Assembly: GCA_020137815.1 (NCBI GenBank)
Contig: CM035361.1
Span: 4,278,001-4,342,000, forward strand
Direction of reading: 5' to 3'
DNA length: 64,000 bases
From: Hormiphora californensis
Taxonomy: Eukaryota > Animalia > Ctenophora
A program made the position numbers and the translations under genes. Positions within the stretch are counted from its first letter, which is position 1, and every line of letters begins with the position of its first letter. This document shows, piece after piece, positions 51,464 to 64,000 of the stretch. The notes beneath the pieces were generated by a model. That model was given only the letters and a program-made list of their open reading frames with translations. It made no database searches and was not told the origin of the DNA.

Positions 51464-52928
51464 TAGGTTGTTCCACAATGATCGGGACTGTAGGTATAAC
51501 TCAAAAACTAGCCAACTTAGGGGAATTCTGCCAACACCATCGTGTTTTTGGGACATTTTTCTGTTTTAAGAAGCTTTGTTAAAATCCTGTTGCGTTTTTG
51601 TAAGAACCAGCAAGTCCACTTTAAAAATCTCACTTTTTTGGCTGCCGAAAATGAAAAAAGTGACTTTCTTAAAGAAGCTCTGAGTCACAGAAAATTTCAA
51701 AAATGAATAACGAAAACAGTACTTAGGCGTTCAGTAATTGTCTGAACTTAAATTTTAGTGAACTTTTTTTCCTCAAATTTCAATTTTGCTCGGCGCAGGA
51801 GTCATTTCCTACTAGAGCTAAAAATAATAATAATAATAATAATAACTATGTTTATATTCCGCCCATATCCGACAGGGACAGAGCAGCAAAACTGCTGCTG
51901 TCACTGAAGGATGATCTGAACGGTTAATATACTGGTAAGACCTCGCCAACTTATCCCTAATAGAACAAAAAATAATAAAGAAAAATTACACCGGCTCACA
52001 TTACTATCGGCTCACATAACTATCGGTGACTGATTACATAACAGACTGAGTTAGAGTCCTGGAACTCTAAAAATTGATATAAAAGTCCGTATATTGGAAC
52101 ACAGAAAAACACTCGTGCTATGAAAAACCCCAATTTATGCTTCACACTTCTGCTCGCCACGAGCTTAAATACAGAAAAATAATTAAAAACGGGTACCAGC
52201 TAGAGCACATACCTCAGCAAGAAGGAGAGTGTTAAGAGGACAGTCCAGTCTCACCAAAAGCCTCAGTGAAAAGACTAGTCTTGAGCTTAGACTTGAAAGA
52301 TTCCACAGACTCAACAGCTCTCAGATCAAGGGGAAGCCTATTCCAGACTTCAGGCAGGTAAACCGACGGACGTCTTCTTCTCAAAAATCAGAAATTTCCA
52401 AGAAACTGTGGCCCTTGCCAGCGCATAGTGGTTCCAAAACAAGTTCTTGATAGCTAAAAATTTAATTGAAACGATTTTCTTAGCGAATCCATCCGTTTTA
52501 AACCTTTAAATGGTCTTTTTTGTACTTTTTTTGGGTTTTAGAAAAATTGCTTCAAAATTGCCACTTTTTTGGGTCGTTTTTCGTCTATTTTTTGTGAACT
52601 TTTGTCGATATTGAGCTATGAAACCGGGATTTGCCAACGAATTTCACACGAACGGCTCGGTTAAGTCCAAGAGTAATCCCAACCAGCGTCAAACCAAATT
52701 TGGATCATAATAAGGTACCTTAATTGGTCAATAATTGGCCTTTCGGCGGCGGGTATTTCGAGATATTGAAAATTGGCCCTAATTCCGCAACCAAACAGGT
52801 AGCGGCAAAACTAATACCAGTTTTTCTCTTTCAAATTAACTAATTAACTCGGTAGCACCGTCAGTTTGATTCAGGGGGCTGCATAGCGTGGTGTATAGCC
52901 TCAGTCCCGATCATTGTGGAACAACCTA
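51464..52928. mobile_element. Non-autonomous DNA transposon with ~27-bp TIRs and TAG termini
   Basis: TAGGTTGTTCCACAATGATCGGGACTG...CAGTCCCGATCATTGTGGAACAACCTA, flanked by ATAT on both sides. Confidence 0.75.
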
Positions 52929-54017
52929 ATATGCTGCGGCTATGGCCTTGGCCAAATCATGTGGATATAGGGAACTAGGGAAGTTGGCCCACATATGTGT
53001 TAGAACGTACCACGGAGGTTTTTCAGGTAGTTCCGTAGTTAAGCTGGATTAGTTCATGATGTATATTACCCTGAGTTGTTTTAATATATAGCTGCTTTGA
53101 TCTTTTATTTAACATATTTTTGCATATAATTGCGGTGAGCGCCGCTCGGGTTATGCAGACAATTAGAATATAGGAAGTACTTACCTCTGCACAGTGCACC
53201 CACACCGATTAAAGGGTAGAAGTATAGAAAGGGAGGAAAATACTTAATAACAGCCCACACCGATTAAAGGGTAGAAGTATAGAAAGGGAGGAAGATACTA
53301 GATAACAGCCCATCTAAATCCGGGTTCTCCTATAATATAGTTTACTGCTGCTGCATGTGTGTATAGAAACTCCAACTATAGCTGAATCCTTAGGATTCGT
53401 TTGTAAAATTAGAATGTGAGGAGTGTGGTTTCAACTTCCACATACACCTTTCTCTAGCTCAATATGCTTTTGCTTTGAGAAAGTGCAGTAATCCAACTTT
53501 ACATAGCCTACTGTCAGCATGTCAGATGACCAATCTCATAAATCTCAACCGCGTTGAGAATGCAGCATGGGCCATGACACGATGCCTGCAGACAGTACTA
53601 ACACATTGAGCGAGTTAAGCTATACCACTAAGTCGGTGTTCTGTAGTAGTAGAGTATTATATATTCGAATTAGTTTATCCTGAGATTTCCCACGCAACTG
53701 AGTAGTCAAGTGGATTTTTAATTTGTGGTATAAATATAATTGTTTAATGTTCCTGCCCCAAGAATTCATATAAGTATGACGGAATGCCGCAGTATAAAAA
53801 TATGATGCATCTATATGTTCTAGTTTCATATTGGTTCAATTTTGTGAGTCTGTTTGAACTATTTTAGACCGGCCTCGTCGCCAGATTTTTGTTATGTATA
53901 GCAGTTTCATTGAGTGGTAGGTATATATACATTTAAGCTTAATCAAACACATATACCGTTGAAGTATAAATAAAGAGCCTACATTATTTTTAATAGGGCA
54001 CGAATATTATGTTTCTA

Positions 54018-54863
54018 ATGAAGCGCAGTATCCTGGTATCAGTGGTTTTAGTACTATTCATCATGACACACTACACCAACGCCAGTACCATCGTGAAAAG
54101 AGCAAGTACGTATTATAATGAGCCGTGTCAATTTTGGCCACCTAGCGCGACCCCCCAATATAGTGTCTGATTGCAGTCTGGAAATCCCCTACTGAACGGA
54201 GCTTTTCTGAATAAGGTTTTCCATACGAATCCAACGCAACTGGATTTAGCCTTATATCTTATCGGAATAAGTTTTATAAACCCCTTCGTTTTTTTGTCAT
54301 TTTTCGGTGCGTGATGATTTCGAAAAGCTTATTCAGAAAAGCTCCGTTGATCAGTAGGGTATTTCCGTGGACCACAGTCAGACACACCAGACAGCGTTTG
54401 GGCTGCAAATTATGAATTATCCTTAACTAATTTATAATTAATTCACACATCATGATATTCCTCAGGTCCCAGAGATCGATCACAGCCCCAGAAACGACCG
54501 TTAAGCCAGCGAACCAGACCTGACAGCTACAACGGGCGAACTCCAATAAACAACTACGAGGCCCATGCCCCTGCAGTAGCTGTTGTAGCTGATAGTTCAA
54601 CAGGGGATCACGATCATCACCCTATAGAGCACGAAGAGAAGAGAGGATCTACGGGTGGTAATGGTGATGGTGATTACCCTGGATTTGAGGGAGGAAAGAG
54701 GAGGTGAGTTATAAACTCATGAAGATATCAAATTGTACTAGCTCCTTTATATATAATTTGGATGAAATGAAAATATAGAATCAGGCTGCAATGCTCTGAA
54801 AGACCCATACCAACTTTTGTTTCTCCTCAATCAATTTTAAATTGCAGATGGTATGGAAAATAA
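54018..54863 (+). CDS. 113-aa neuropeptide precursor (WYamide type), three exons
   Basis: Exons 54018-54105, 54466-54703 and 54848-54863 splice GT-AG in frame (phases 1, 2) to MKRSILVSVVLVLFIMTHYTNASTIVKRASPRDRSQPQKRPLSQRTRPDSYNGRTPINNYEAHAPAVAVVADSSTGDHDHHPIEHEEKRGSTGGNGDGDYPGFEGGKRRWYGK*. It has a signal peptide, KR sites and a terminal G-K amidation signal. Confidence 0.85.
54165..54385. repeat. Imperfect palindrome (MITE-like) in intron 1 of the neuropeptide gene
   Basis: AACGGAGCTTTTCTGAATAAG is inverted as CTTATTCAGAAAAGCTCCGTT. Confidence 0.65.
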
Positions 54864-55468
54864 AACAGAAGTGGAGGAGGAGTTTTGTACCAGCTTATTC
54901 TAGTACGCTTCGATATTGGGTTTCAGAAGAAAAAGAAGAGCTTGGTAATGGATAAGGGCAGTGTAGCTAAGCTACTGCACGTTCATGTTATCAAGCTACT
55001 AGCTATGCTGCACTGCCCTTAGTTTATTAGTGTACCAAGCTCTTTAAACTGCAGTAGTCGAATACCAAACCCAAGTTGTGATCGAATACTTTTTTCTGTC
55101 TGGACAGTTTACACACACACACACGGATACCCAACAGTCAGTGTCAGTTCTACCGGTGCAGGAAGCCATGCTAGGACTTCATAGTAGTATAGTGTGGACA
55201 GTTGGGATTTCATCATTTCAGATTAGTTTAATATCAAACTCAAAAGTATTTTATGTGTTTTCTGAAAAAATATAAACTGTATGTGCTATAAATTACTTTA
55301 CATTTTTACCTTTATCAAAAAATAATGTTTTTCAACGAGTTACTTCCAGCACGCATGCATTTGACATATTTTCACACAACTTGGAAAAAGCTGCAACATC
55401 GATATATAAATTTGTATAGATATATTTGATCAAATTAATTCTGGGATTTCCCCCAAGTCTATAATTAC

Positions 55469-57246
55469 TTGGTCATTTCTGTGAGTCTCACATTGTCAAC
55501 GATTCGGTCTGTTCCAGCTGAAAGGAAGGTATTAATGTTAGATTAATTTACAGTTAATTACTTAGTTTGAAAATTCAGATATAATATGTACAAACACATT
55601 AGTGTGTTGTACTGTGAGGATCGTGGATTGGATTCAGGGAGGTTTGGAATTAATCAATATGCGACTTACTGGTTAGCTCACAGCTGACAATCACAGTACG
55701 GCCGTGTACCATGTCCTTTTTCTTTGAGGGACCAATCACCGTGACCATGAATGTAGCAACCTGTCCTGACTCCAAAAATACTGAAAAATATGGTCATAGG
55801 GTTAGGAATTATACTATAAGTTGTTTGTTTGTTTGTGATTGCTGCGTCTGGAGGAAGACCTGCCCGAAAGTAGTAGAGGCCGCACCGAACACGCCTAAGT
55901 TATAGGACACATACTTTGAGCATATCAATCATAAAATATAACCCTATACGACTGGTAACACACCGCCATTTCTCTAAGTTGGTAGTTGCATACCTGGATT
56001 GCTTCTACGGTCGTGGGAGTTTTGGTTGAAATTAGGTCCGCTCAGCCGGGGGTTTCCCACGGTAACTGCATAGTTGAGTGAGTTGCTACAAGTGAGGAGA
56101 TGAAGCTCGCCCTGGTCACCGTTATTGGAAACAACCACAGTTAGATAGGTCCTAGACAAGGAGGGTGGAGGGTGGGGTGGAGGGTGGAGGGTGGGGTGGA
56201 GGGCGTGTTAGATAGGTCCTAGACAAGGAGGGTGGAGGGTGGGGGTGGAGGGTGGGGTGGAGGGGGTGTTAGAGAGGTCCTAGACAAGGAGGGTGGAGGG
56301 TGGAGGGTGGGGGTGGAGGGTGGGGTGGAGGGGGTGTTAGAGAGGTCCTAGAGAAGGAGGGTGTGTTAGATATAGGTCCTAGACAAGGAGGGTGTGTTAG
56401 ATAGGTCCTTGACAAGGAGGGTGTGTTAGATAGGTCCTAAACAAGGAGGGTGTGTTAGATTAGCACTAGGTCGGGGGGGGGGGGGTGTTTGAAAATCGTC
56501 TGGGCTGAAGGTTGGTGACAATCTCGGTCGCGCCAGGTGTCTCTGTCACCAAGGCTGAAGGCGGGGGATAAGATACTTTTACAGGTATTATAGGTATACG
56601 ATTAATTGTGGGTAACAAGCCGCATCTGTTATAGTTGGAATTAGGAACCGACCGAAACAAGTAAACAACCAATCAGAACTTGTTATTTAGGTCACTGACT
56701 AGTTATCAGCCAATCAGGGACCAGTATTTCCTGATTCGGTCGGTTCCTGGTTGGAATATTATAGTTTCACGTACTTTTTGTTTCTTTTGAGAACGTAAGC
56801 GGGGGAAGATGATTGCACCACCTCTGTCATTCTCATGCAGGATGATGTGGGGTAAAAGTAGTTAGTGGACACTCTCTGGAATCGTGTACCATCCACCAGG
56901 TTTCCATCCAAATAAACTCGGAATCCCTCCGTACCTATTATTAATTAACTAATTATTAACAATTATCAACTCATACCTAATATTAATTAACTCATTATTA
57001 ACAATTATCAACTCATTACTCATCTGTTACTCATTACTCATGTTAGATCAAATTGTTACTACAACTCAATATTACTGAGTTGTAGCAACAATTACATTAC
57101 ATTAAGTCAATATAACAATACAATTTACACCTACCCATTCCTGTTGGGATGGTAAGGGGGATGATAAACGCTCCCGAGTATTCATCTTCTTGGTATTCCT
57201 CCAACTTGCCCTCCCAACTGACTGTGTTACCCGCCACTGCCACCAA
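55469..57246 (-). CDS. Exons of an unidentified gene convergent with the neuropeptide gene
   Basis: 57246-57135 joins 56934-56775 in frame (LVAVAGNTVSWEG...GM|GTEGFRVYLDG...). Exons ~56151-55994, ~55780-55670 and ~55518-55469 also join in frame. The middle junction is unresolved. Confidence 0.55.
56141..56460. repeat. Intronic tandem repeat of a splice-acceptor segment with G-rich spacers
   Basis: GTTAGATAGGTCCTAGACAAGGAGGGTG occurs ~7-8 times; on the minus strand it reads CTCCTTGTCTAG|GACCTATCTAAC. Confidence 0.85.
56642..56749. mobile_element. 108-bp hAT-type MITE
   Basis: (T)AGGAACCGACCGAA...TTCGGTCGGTTCCTG with exact 8-bp TSD GTTGGAAT; degenerate copy at ~34111-34202. Confidence 0.85.
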
Positions 57247-57318
57247 CTATAAAGGAGAATGTGTGAGTTGTATTGCCCTTTGGTACCATTGCTACCTATA
57301 TCTCTACCTATTCTCTAT

Positions 57319-57897
57319 GGTGGGCGGACTCTAGTGCTAACGGACTCTTTATCTAAATTCAAGGCGGACTCTATATCTAAAAGCGGACTCTTTATCTACA
57401 GTTAGACTTTGAAAAAAGTTTAGATAAAGAGTCCGCCCAATGTAAACTTTTTAGACATAGAGTCCGCCCTGTGTAGACTTTTTAGAAATAGAGTCCCCTG
57501 GTACATTTTGGCGCCAAATCCCCCAACCCGGACTCTATATCTAAAATCCTAAACCAACCCAAAACCTAGCCCTAACCCCACCCTAACCCTAACCTCGAAC
57601 CCAAATAATGGCCCTAACACTTGTAAATTAAAATAGAGGTACAGCAAACTCTCGTTTCCGGCCTAACGGCCGAAATCTCGAGTTCGCTGAGAATGGCGGA
57701 CTCTATGTTTAATTTAGATTTATGTAGATATAGAGTCCGCCCTTTGCAGACTTTTTAGATAAAGAGTCCGCCCTGTGTAGACTTTTTAGACATAGAGTCC
57801 TCCTAGAGTTTAGACTTATTTGGACTCTTTATCTAAATCTAAATTTAGATATCGAGTCCACTGTAGACTTAGAGTGTAGCACTAGAGTCCGCCTGCT
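57319..57897. mobile_element. MITE family C, copy 3 (reverse orientation)
   Basis: 9-bp TSD ATTCTCTAT; a truncated duplicate lies at 63441-63523. Confidence 0.88.
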
Positions 57898-59052
57898 ATT
57901 CTCTATATGTGAGATCGATTGCATGCGATCTCGCCTTCTCCCTTTTGTTATGTTTATCTCCACTTATCTCTCTCTTATCTTTCCCGATTGCAGCACATAT
58001 TTTCTCGATATGTCGGATAATTTCGCCCTTGTTCTAACCCCAAAATTTTGGGTTTGGGTTTTTTGCCCCCCAAATACTGTTTTACCTGTGCAAAAAAAGA
58101 AAGTTTTAGTTATTTTCCCAATAACTTTTTCCCCCCACTCCAATATAAAAAAAATTTTTTTTTCCCCCCCCAAAACCCGGGAAGAAAATGGGGTGGATTG
58201 ATTCCCCAAAATTTTTCCCCCACCCCAAAAAAAGGGAAAGTTGGGGGAAAAAAAAGTAGCCCTGCCAATAAATTGACTTTCCATGCCCTTAAGGGAATTT
58301 TAGTTTCCCCCCTCCCCAAAAACTGGGATGGCCATGAAAAACTAAAAAGGGAAAAATGTAGTGATGCCCCCAAAAAGTGTGATGATGCCACAACATAAAG
58401 GAGAATTAGTGATGCCCCCCAAAAAAGGTTTCCTGGCCTGCCCCAACTAAAGGGATGTGTGAGGATTGCCCCCCAAAATGTGTTCCTGCCACTCCACCAC
58501 TAAAAAAGGGATGGGAGTGCCTCCCCCAACTCTGGTTCCTTTCCACCACCCCAAAAGGGGATGTGTTGAGTTTTTTGCCCTCCCAACTATGTGGGTTTCC
58601 TTGCCACTGCCACCCAAATATAAGGAGAATGTGTTGTTTTGCCCCCAACGAAAGTGTTACCTGCAGCACAATAAAAAAGGTTGATTTTTTCCCTCCCTAC
58701 TGGTTAACCCATGCACAACTTAAAGTGGGGTTGGGAGTGTGTATTGCCCTCCCCAAAAAATGTGTTACCTGCCACTGCACCAAATTAAAGGGAATGTTTG
58801 GTTTTTCCCTCCCAATTTTATCTGTGTACCGCCACTGCACCAATATAAAGGGAATGTGTGAGTGCTGCCCCCCAACTAACTGTGTTACCTGCCACTGCCA
58901 CCAAATAAAGGAAATGTGTGAGTTTTATTGCCCTCCCCAACTAAATGTGTTACTGCATCCAACCCCAAATAAAAGGAGAATGTGTGGGTTTCCTCCCAAT
59001 AACCTGGTTACCCACTGCCAAACCCAAATATAAAGGAGAATGTGTAGTTGCA

Positions 59053-62000
59053 TTGCCCTCCCAAAACTGTGTTACCTGCCACTGCCACCAACTATAAAGG
59101 AGAATGTGTGAGTTGTATTGCCCTCCCAACTAACTGTGTTACCTGCCACTGCCACCAACTATAAAGGAGAATGTGTGAGTTGTATTGCCCTCCCAACTAA
59201 CTGTGTTACCTGCCACTGCCACCAACTATAAAGGAGAATGTGTGAGTTGTATTGCCCTCCCAACTAACTGTGTTACCTGCCACTGCCACCAACTATAAAG
59301 GAGAATGTGTGAGTTGTATTGCCCTCCCAACTAACTGTGTTACCTGCCACTGCCACCAACTATAAAGGAGAATGTGTGAGTTGTATTGCCCTCCCAACTA
59401 ACTGTGTTACCTGCCACTGCCACCAACTATAAAGGAGAATGTGTGAGTTGTATTGCCCTCCCAACTAACTGTGTTACCTGCCACTGCCACCAACTATAAA
59501 GGAGAATGTGTGAGTTGTATTGCCCTCCCAACTAACTGTGTTACCTGCCACTGCCACCAACTATAAAGGAGAATGTGTGAGTTGTATTGCCCTCCCAACT
59601 AACTGTGTTACCTGCCACTGCCACCAACTATAAAGGAGAATGTGTGAGTTGTATTGCCCTCCCAACTAACTGTGTTACCTGCCACTGCCACCAACTATAA
59701 AGGAGAATGTGTGAGTTGTATTGCCCTCCCAACTAACTGTGTTACCTGCCACTGCCACCAACTATAAAGGAGAATGTGTGAGTTGTATTGCCCTCCCAAC
59801 TAACTGTGTTACCTGCCACTGCCACCAACTATAAAGGAGAATGTGTGAGTTGTATTGCCCTCCCAACTAACTGTGTTACCTGCCACTGCCACCAACTATA
59901 AAGGAGAATGTGTGAGTTGTATTGCCCTCCCAACTAACTGTGTTACCTGCCACTGCCACCAACTATAAAGGAGAATGTGTGAGTTGTATTGCCCTCCCAA
60001 CTAACTGTGTTACCTGCCACTGCCACCAACTATAAAGGAGAATGTGTGAGTTGTATTGCCCTCCCAACTAACTGTGTTACCTGCCACTGCCACCAACTAT
60101 AAAGGAGAATGTGTGAGTTGTATTGCCCTCCCAACTAACTGTGTTACCTGCCACTGCCACCAACTATAAAGGAGAATGTGTGAGTTGTATTGCCCTCCCA
60201 ACTAACTGTGTTACCTGCCACTGCCACCAACTATAAAGGAGAATGTGTGAGTTGTATTGCCCTCCCAACTAACTGTGTTACCTGCCACTGCCACCAACTA
60301 TAAAGGAGAATGTGTGAGTTGTATTGCCCTCCCAACTAACTGTGTTACCTGCCACTGCCACCAACTATAAAGGAGAATGTGTGAGTTGTATTGCCCTCCC
60401 AACTAACTGTGTTACCTGCCACTGCCACCAACTATAAAGGAGAATGTGTGAGTTGTATTGCCCTCCCAACTAACTGTGTTACCTGCCACTGCCACCAACT
60501 ATAAAGGAGAATGTGTGAGTTGTATTGCCCTCCCAACTAACTGTGTTACCTGCCACTGCCACCAACTATAAAGGAGAATGTGTGAGTTGTATTGCCCTCC
60601 CAACTAACTGTGTTACCTGCCACTGCCACCAACTATAAAGGAGAATGTGTGAGTTGTATTGCCCTCCCAACTAACTGTGTTACCTGCCACTGCCACCAAC
60701 TATAAAGGAGAATGTGTGAGTTGTATTGCCCTCCCAACTAACTGTGTTACCTGCCACTGCCACCAACTATAAAGGAGAATGTGTGAGTTGTATTGCCCTC
60801 CCAACTAACTGTGTTACCTGCCACTGCCACCAACTATAAAGGAGAATGTGTGAGTTGTATTGCCCTCCCAACTAACTGTGTTACCTGCCACTGCCACCAA
60901 CTATAAAGGAGAATGTGTGAGTTGTATTGCCCTCCCAACTAACTGTGTTACCTGCCACTGCCACCAACTATAAAGGAGAATGTGTGAGTTGTATTGCCCT
61001 CCCAACTAACTGTGTTACCTGCCACTGCCACCAACTATAAAGGAGAATGTGTGAGTTGTATTGCCCTCCCAACTAACTGTGTTACCTGCCACTGCCACCA
61101 ACTATAAAGGAGAATGTGTGAGTTGTATTGCCCTCCCAACTAACTGTGTTACCTGCCACTGCCACCAACTATAAAGGAGAATGTGTGAGTTGTATTGCCC
61201 TCCCAACTAACTGTGTTACCTGCCACTGCCACCAACTATAAAGGAGAATGTGTGAGTTGTATTGCCCTCCCAACTAACTGTGTTACCTGCCACTGCCACC
61301 AACTATAAAGGAGAATGTGTGAGTTGTATTGCCCTCCCAACTAACTGTGTTACCTGCCACTGCCACCAACTATAAAGGAGAATGTGTGAGTTGTATTGCC
61401 CTCCCAACTAACTGTGTTACCTGCCACTGCCACCAACTATAAAGGAGAATGTGTGAGTTGTATTGCCCTCCCAACTAACTGTGTTACCTGCCACTGCCAC
61501 CAACTATAAAGGAGAATGTGTGAGTTGTATTGCCCTCCCAACTAACTGTGTTACCTGCCACTGCCACCAACTATAAAGGAGAATGTGTGAGTTGTATTGC
61601 CCTCCCAACTAACTGTGTTACCTGCCACTGCCACCAACTATAAAGGAGAATGTGTGAGTTGTATTGCCCTCCCAACTAACTGTGTTACCTGCCACTGCCA
61701 CCAACTATAAAGGAGAATGTGTGAGTTGTATTGCCCTCCCAACTAACTGTGTTACCTGCCACTGCCACCAACTATAAAGGAGAATGTGTGAGTTGTATTG
61801 CCCTCCCAACTAACTGTGTTACCTGCCACTGCCACCAACTATAAAGGAGAATGTGTGAGTTGTATTGCCCTCCCAACTAACTGTGTTACCTGCCACTGCC
61901 ACCAACTATAAAGGAGAATGTGTGAGTTGTATTGCCCTCCCAACTAACTGTGTTACCTGCCACTGCCACCAACTATAAAGGAGAATGTGTGAGTTGTATT

Positions 62001-63412
62001 GCCCTCCCAACTAACTGTGTTACCTGCCACTGCCACCAACTATAAAGGAGAATGTGTGAGTTGTATTGCCCTCCCAACTAACTGTGTTACCTGCCACTGC
62101 CACCAACTATAAAGGAGAATGTGTGAGTTGTATTGCCCTCCCAACTAACTGTGTTACCTGCCACTGCCACCAACTATAAAGGAGAATGTGTGAGTTGTAT
62201 TGCCCTCCCAACTAACTGTGTTACCTGCCACTGCCACCAACTATAAAGGAGAATGTGTGAGTTGTATTGCCCTCCCAACTAACTGTGTTACCTGCCACTG
62301 CCACCAACTATAAAGGAGAATGTGTGAGTTGTATTGCCCTCCCAACTAACTGTGTTACCTGCCACTGCCACCAACTATAAAGGAGAATGTGTGAGTTGTA
62401 TTGCCCTCCCAACTAACTGTGTTACCTGCCACTGCCACCAACTATAAAGGAGAATGTGTGAGTTGTATTGCCCTCCCAACTAACTGTGTTACCTGCCACT
62501 GCCACCAACTATAAAGGAGAATGTGTGAGTTGTATTGCCCTCCCAACTAACTGTGTTACCTGCCACTGCCACCAACTATAAAGGAGAATGTGTGAGTTGT
62601 ATTGCCCTCCCAACTAACTGTGTTACCTGCCACTGCCACCAACTATAAAGGAGAATGTGTGAGTTGTATTGCCCTCCCAACTAACTGTGTTACCTGCCAC
62701 TGCCACCAACTATAAAGGAGAATGTGTGAGTTGTATTGCCCTCCCAACTAACTGTGTTACCTGCCACTGCCACCAACTATAAAGGAGAATGTGTGAGTTG
62801 TATTGCCCTCCCAACTAACTGTGTTACCTGCCACTGCCACCAACTATAAAGGAGAATGTGTGAGTTGTATTGCCCTCCCAACTAACTGTGTTACCTGCCA
62901 CTGCCACCAACTATAAAGGAGAATGTGTGAGTTGTATTGCCCTCCCAACTAACTGTGTTACCTGCCACTGCCACCAACTATAAAGGAGAATGTGTGAGTT
63001 GTATTGCCCTCCCAACTAACTGTGTTACCTGCCACTGCCACCAACTATAAAGGAGAATGTGTGAGTTGTATTGCCCTCCCAACTAACTGTGTTACCTGCC
63101 ACTGCCACCAACTATAAAGGAGAATGTGTGAGTTGTATTGCCCTCCCAACTAACTGTGTTACCTGCCACTGCCACCAACTATAAAGGAGAATGTGTGAGT
63201 TGTATTGCCCTCCCAACTAACTGTGTTACCTGCCACTGCCACCAACTATAAAGGAGAATGTGTGAGTTGTATTGCCCTCCCAACTAACTGTGTTACCTGC
63301 CACTGCCACCAACTATAAAGGAGAATGTGTGAGTTGTATTGCCCTCCCAACTAACTGTGTTACCTGCCACTGCCACCAACTATAAAGGAGAATGTGTGAG
63401 TTGTATTGCCCT
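59053..63412. repeat. 67-bp tandem array, ~65 near-identical copies (degenerate copies extend left to ~58035)
   Basis: Unit TTGCCCTCCCAACTAACTGTGTTACCTGCCACTGCCACCAACTATAAAGGAGAATGTGTGAGTTGTA; no spacers. Confidence 0.98.
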
Positions 63413-64000
63413 TTGGTACCATTGCTACCTATATCTCTATGGTGGGCGGACTCTAGTGCTAACGGACTCTTTATCTAAATTCAAGGCGGACTCTATATCT
63501 AAAAGCGGACTCTTTATCTACAGTAACTTCAGTACAGTGAGTGTACATGTGGTGCCTCTTACTGAACAATCAATAAAAAACCATCAAAACAAGCTAAAAA
63601 CACGTAATTTTTTGTGAAATATCTTCCTCTCACTAATACCGAACTCTCTCTCTACCTCCTTTTCTCTCTTTTGATATGCTTATCTCCACTAATCTCTCTC
63701 TTATCTTTCCCGATTGCAGCACATATTTTCTCGATATGTCGGATAATTTCGCCCTTGTTCTAGGTGTGGCCCTTTCTGTCGTAGTGAGAGTGCGTGCGCC
63801 TCTTATTGCTTGGTTGCTGAGGTGTGGGTGTGTGTGTGTGTGTATTGTGAGATGCAGGTCTGTCATTGGCTAGTGCGCGCACGTGACCCCCACATGACCT
63901 TTCAGTTCAGTACGAAGAGCACATACAGCACCGTACTGATCTTTTCTGAGCTAAGCTCACGTGAGATTGTGTACTGATAGTCCCACCGATATTTATCAGT

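Noticed and set aside
52940-52992. Possible 28S rRNA fragment
   Set aside because: Only a vague short resemblance with no extended match.
58035-59052. Diverged satellite edge and Cys-rich ORFs as real biology
   Set aside because: Divergence is dominated by homopolymer gains that grow with distance from the clean array, which is typical of low-quality consensus; the ORFs are by-products.
59053-63412. CRISPR array
   Set aside because: Units are identical head-to-tail with no unique spacers, there are no cas genes, and the context is eukaryotic.

Overview
This is repeat-rich, intron-containing animal DNA, not prokaryotic. It has TTAGGG telomere-type repeats. A 108-bp hAT-type MITE and a WYamide-type peptide gene suggest a ctenophore, probably Pleurobrachia-like (recalled, not checked). 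Most of the window is nested transposons: MITEs and foldbacks with readable 2-, 3-, 4-, 8- and 9-bp target-site duplications (TSDs); a gag-only LTR element; CR1/L2 LINE pieces, including an esterase-ORF1 CR1 that has lost its endonuclease; a Crypton relic; a hATm-like transposase fragment between two interstitial telomere tracts; and a 5.7-kb P-superfamily element with an intact 933-aa transposase plus two extra ORFs, one with RanBP2 zinc fingers. Host genes are spliced and largely missed by the ORF track. I could assemble a secreted fucolectin/F5-8C-like Cys-rich protein (9093->534, minus), pentraxin exons (20176->18559, minus), a complete 113-aa amidated neuropeptide precursor (54018-54863, plus) and an unknown minus-strand gene (57246->55469). 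The main leads are the neuropeptide precursor, the three-ORF P-like element with a splice acceptor before each ATG, and repeated tandem amplification of splice junctions, culminating in a ~65-copy 67-bp satellite whose single progenitor monomer is still present. All calls are by eye, and two segments look like noisy consensus.
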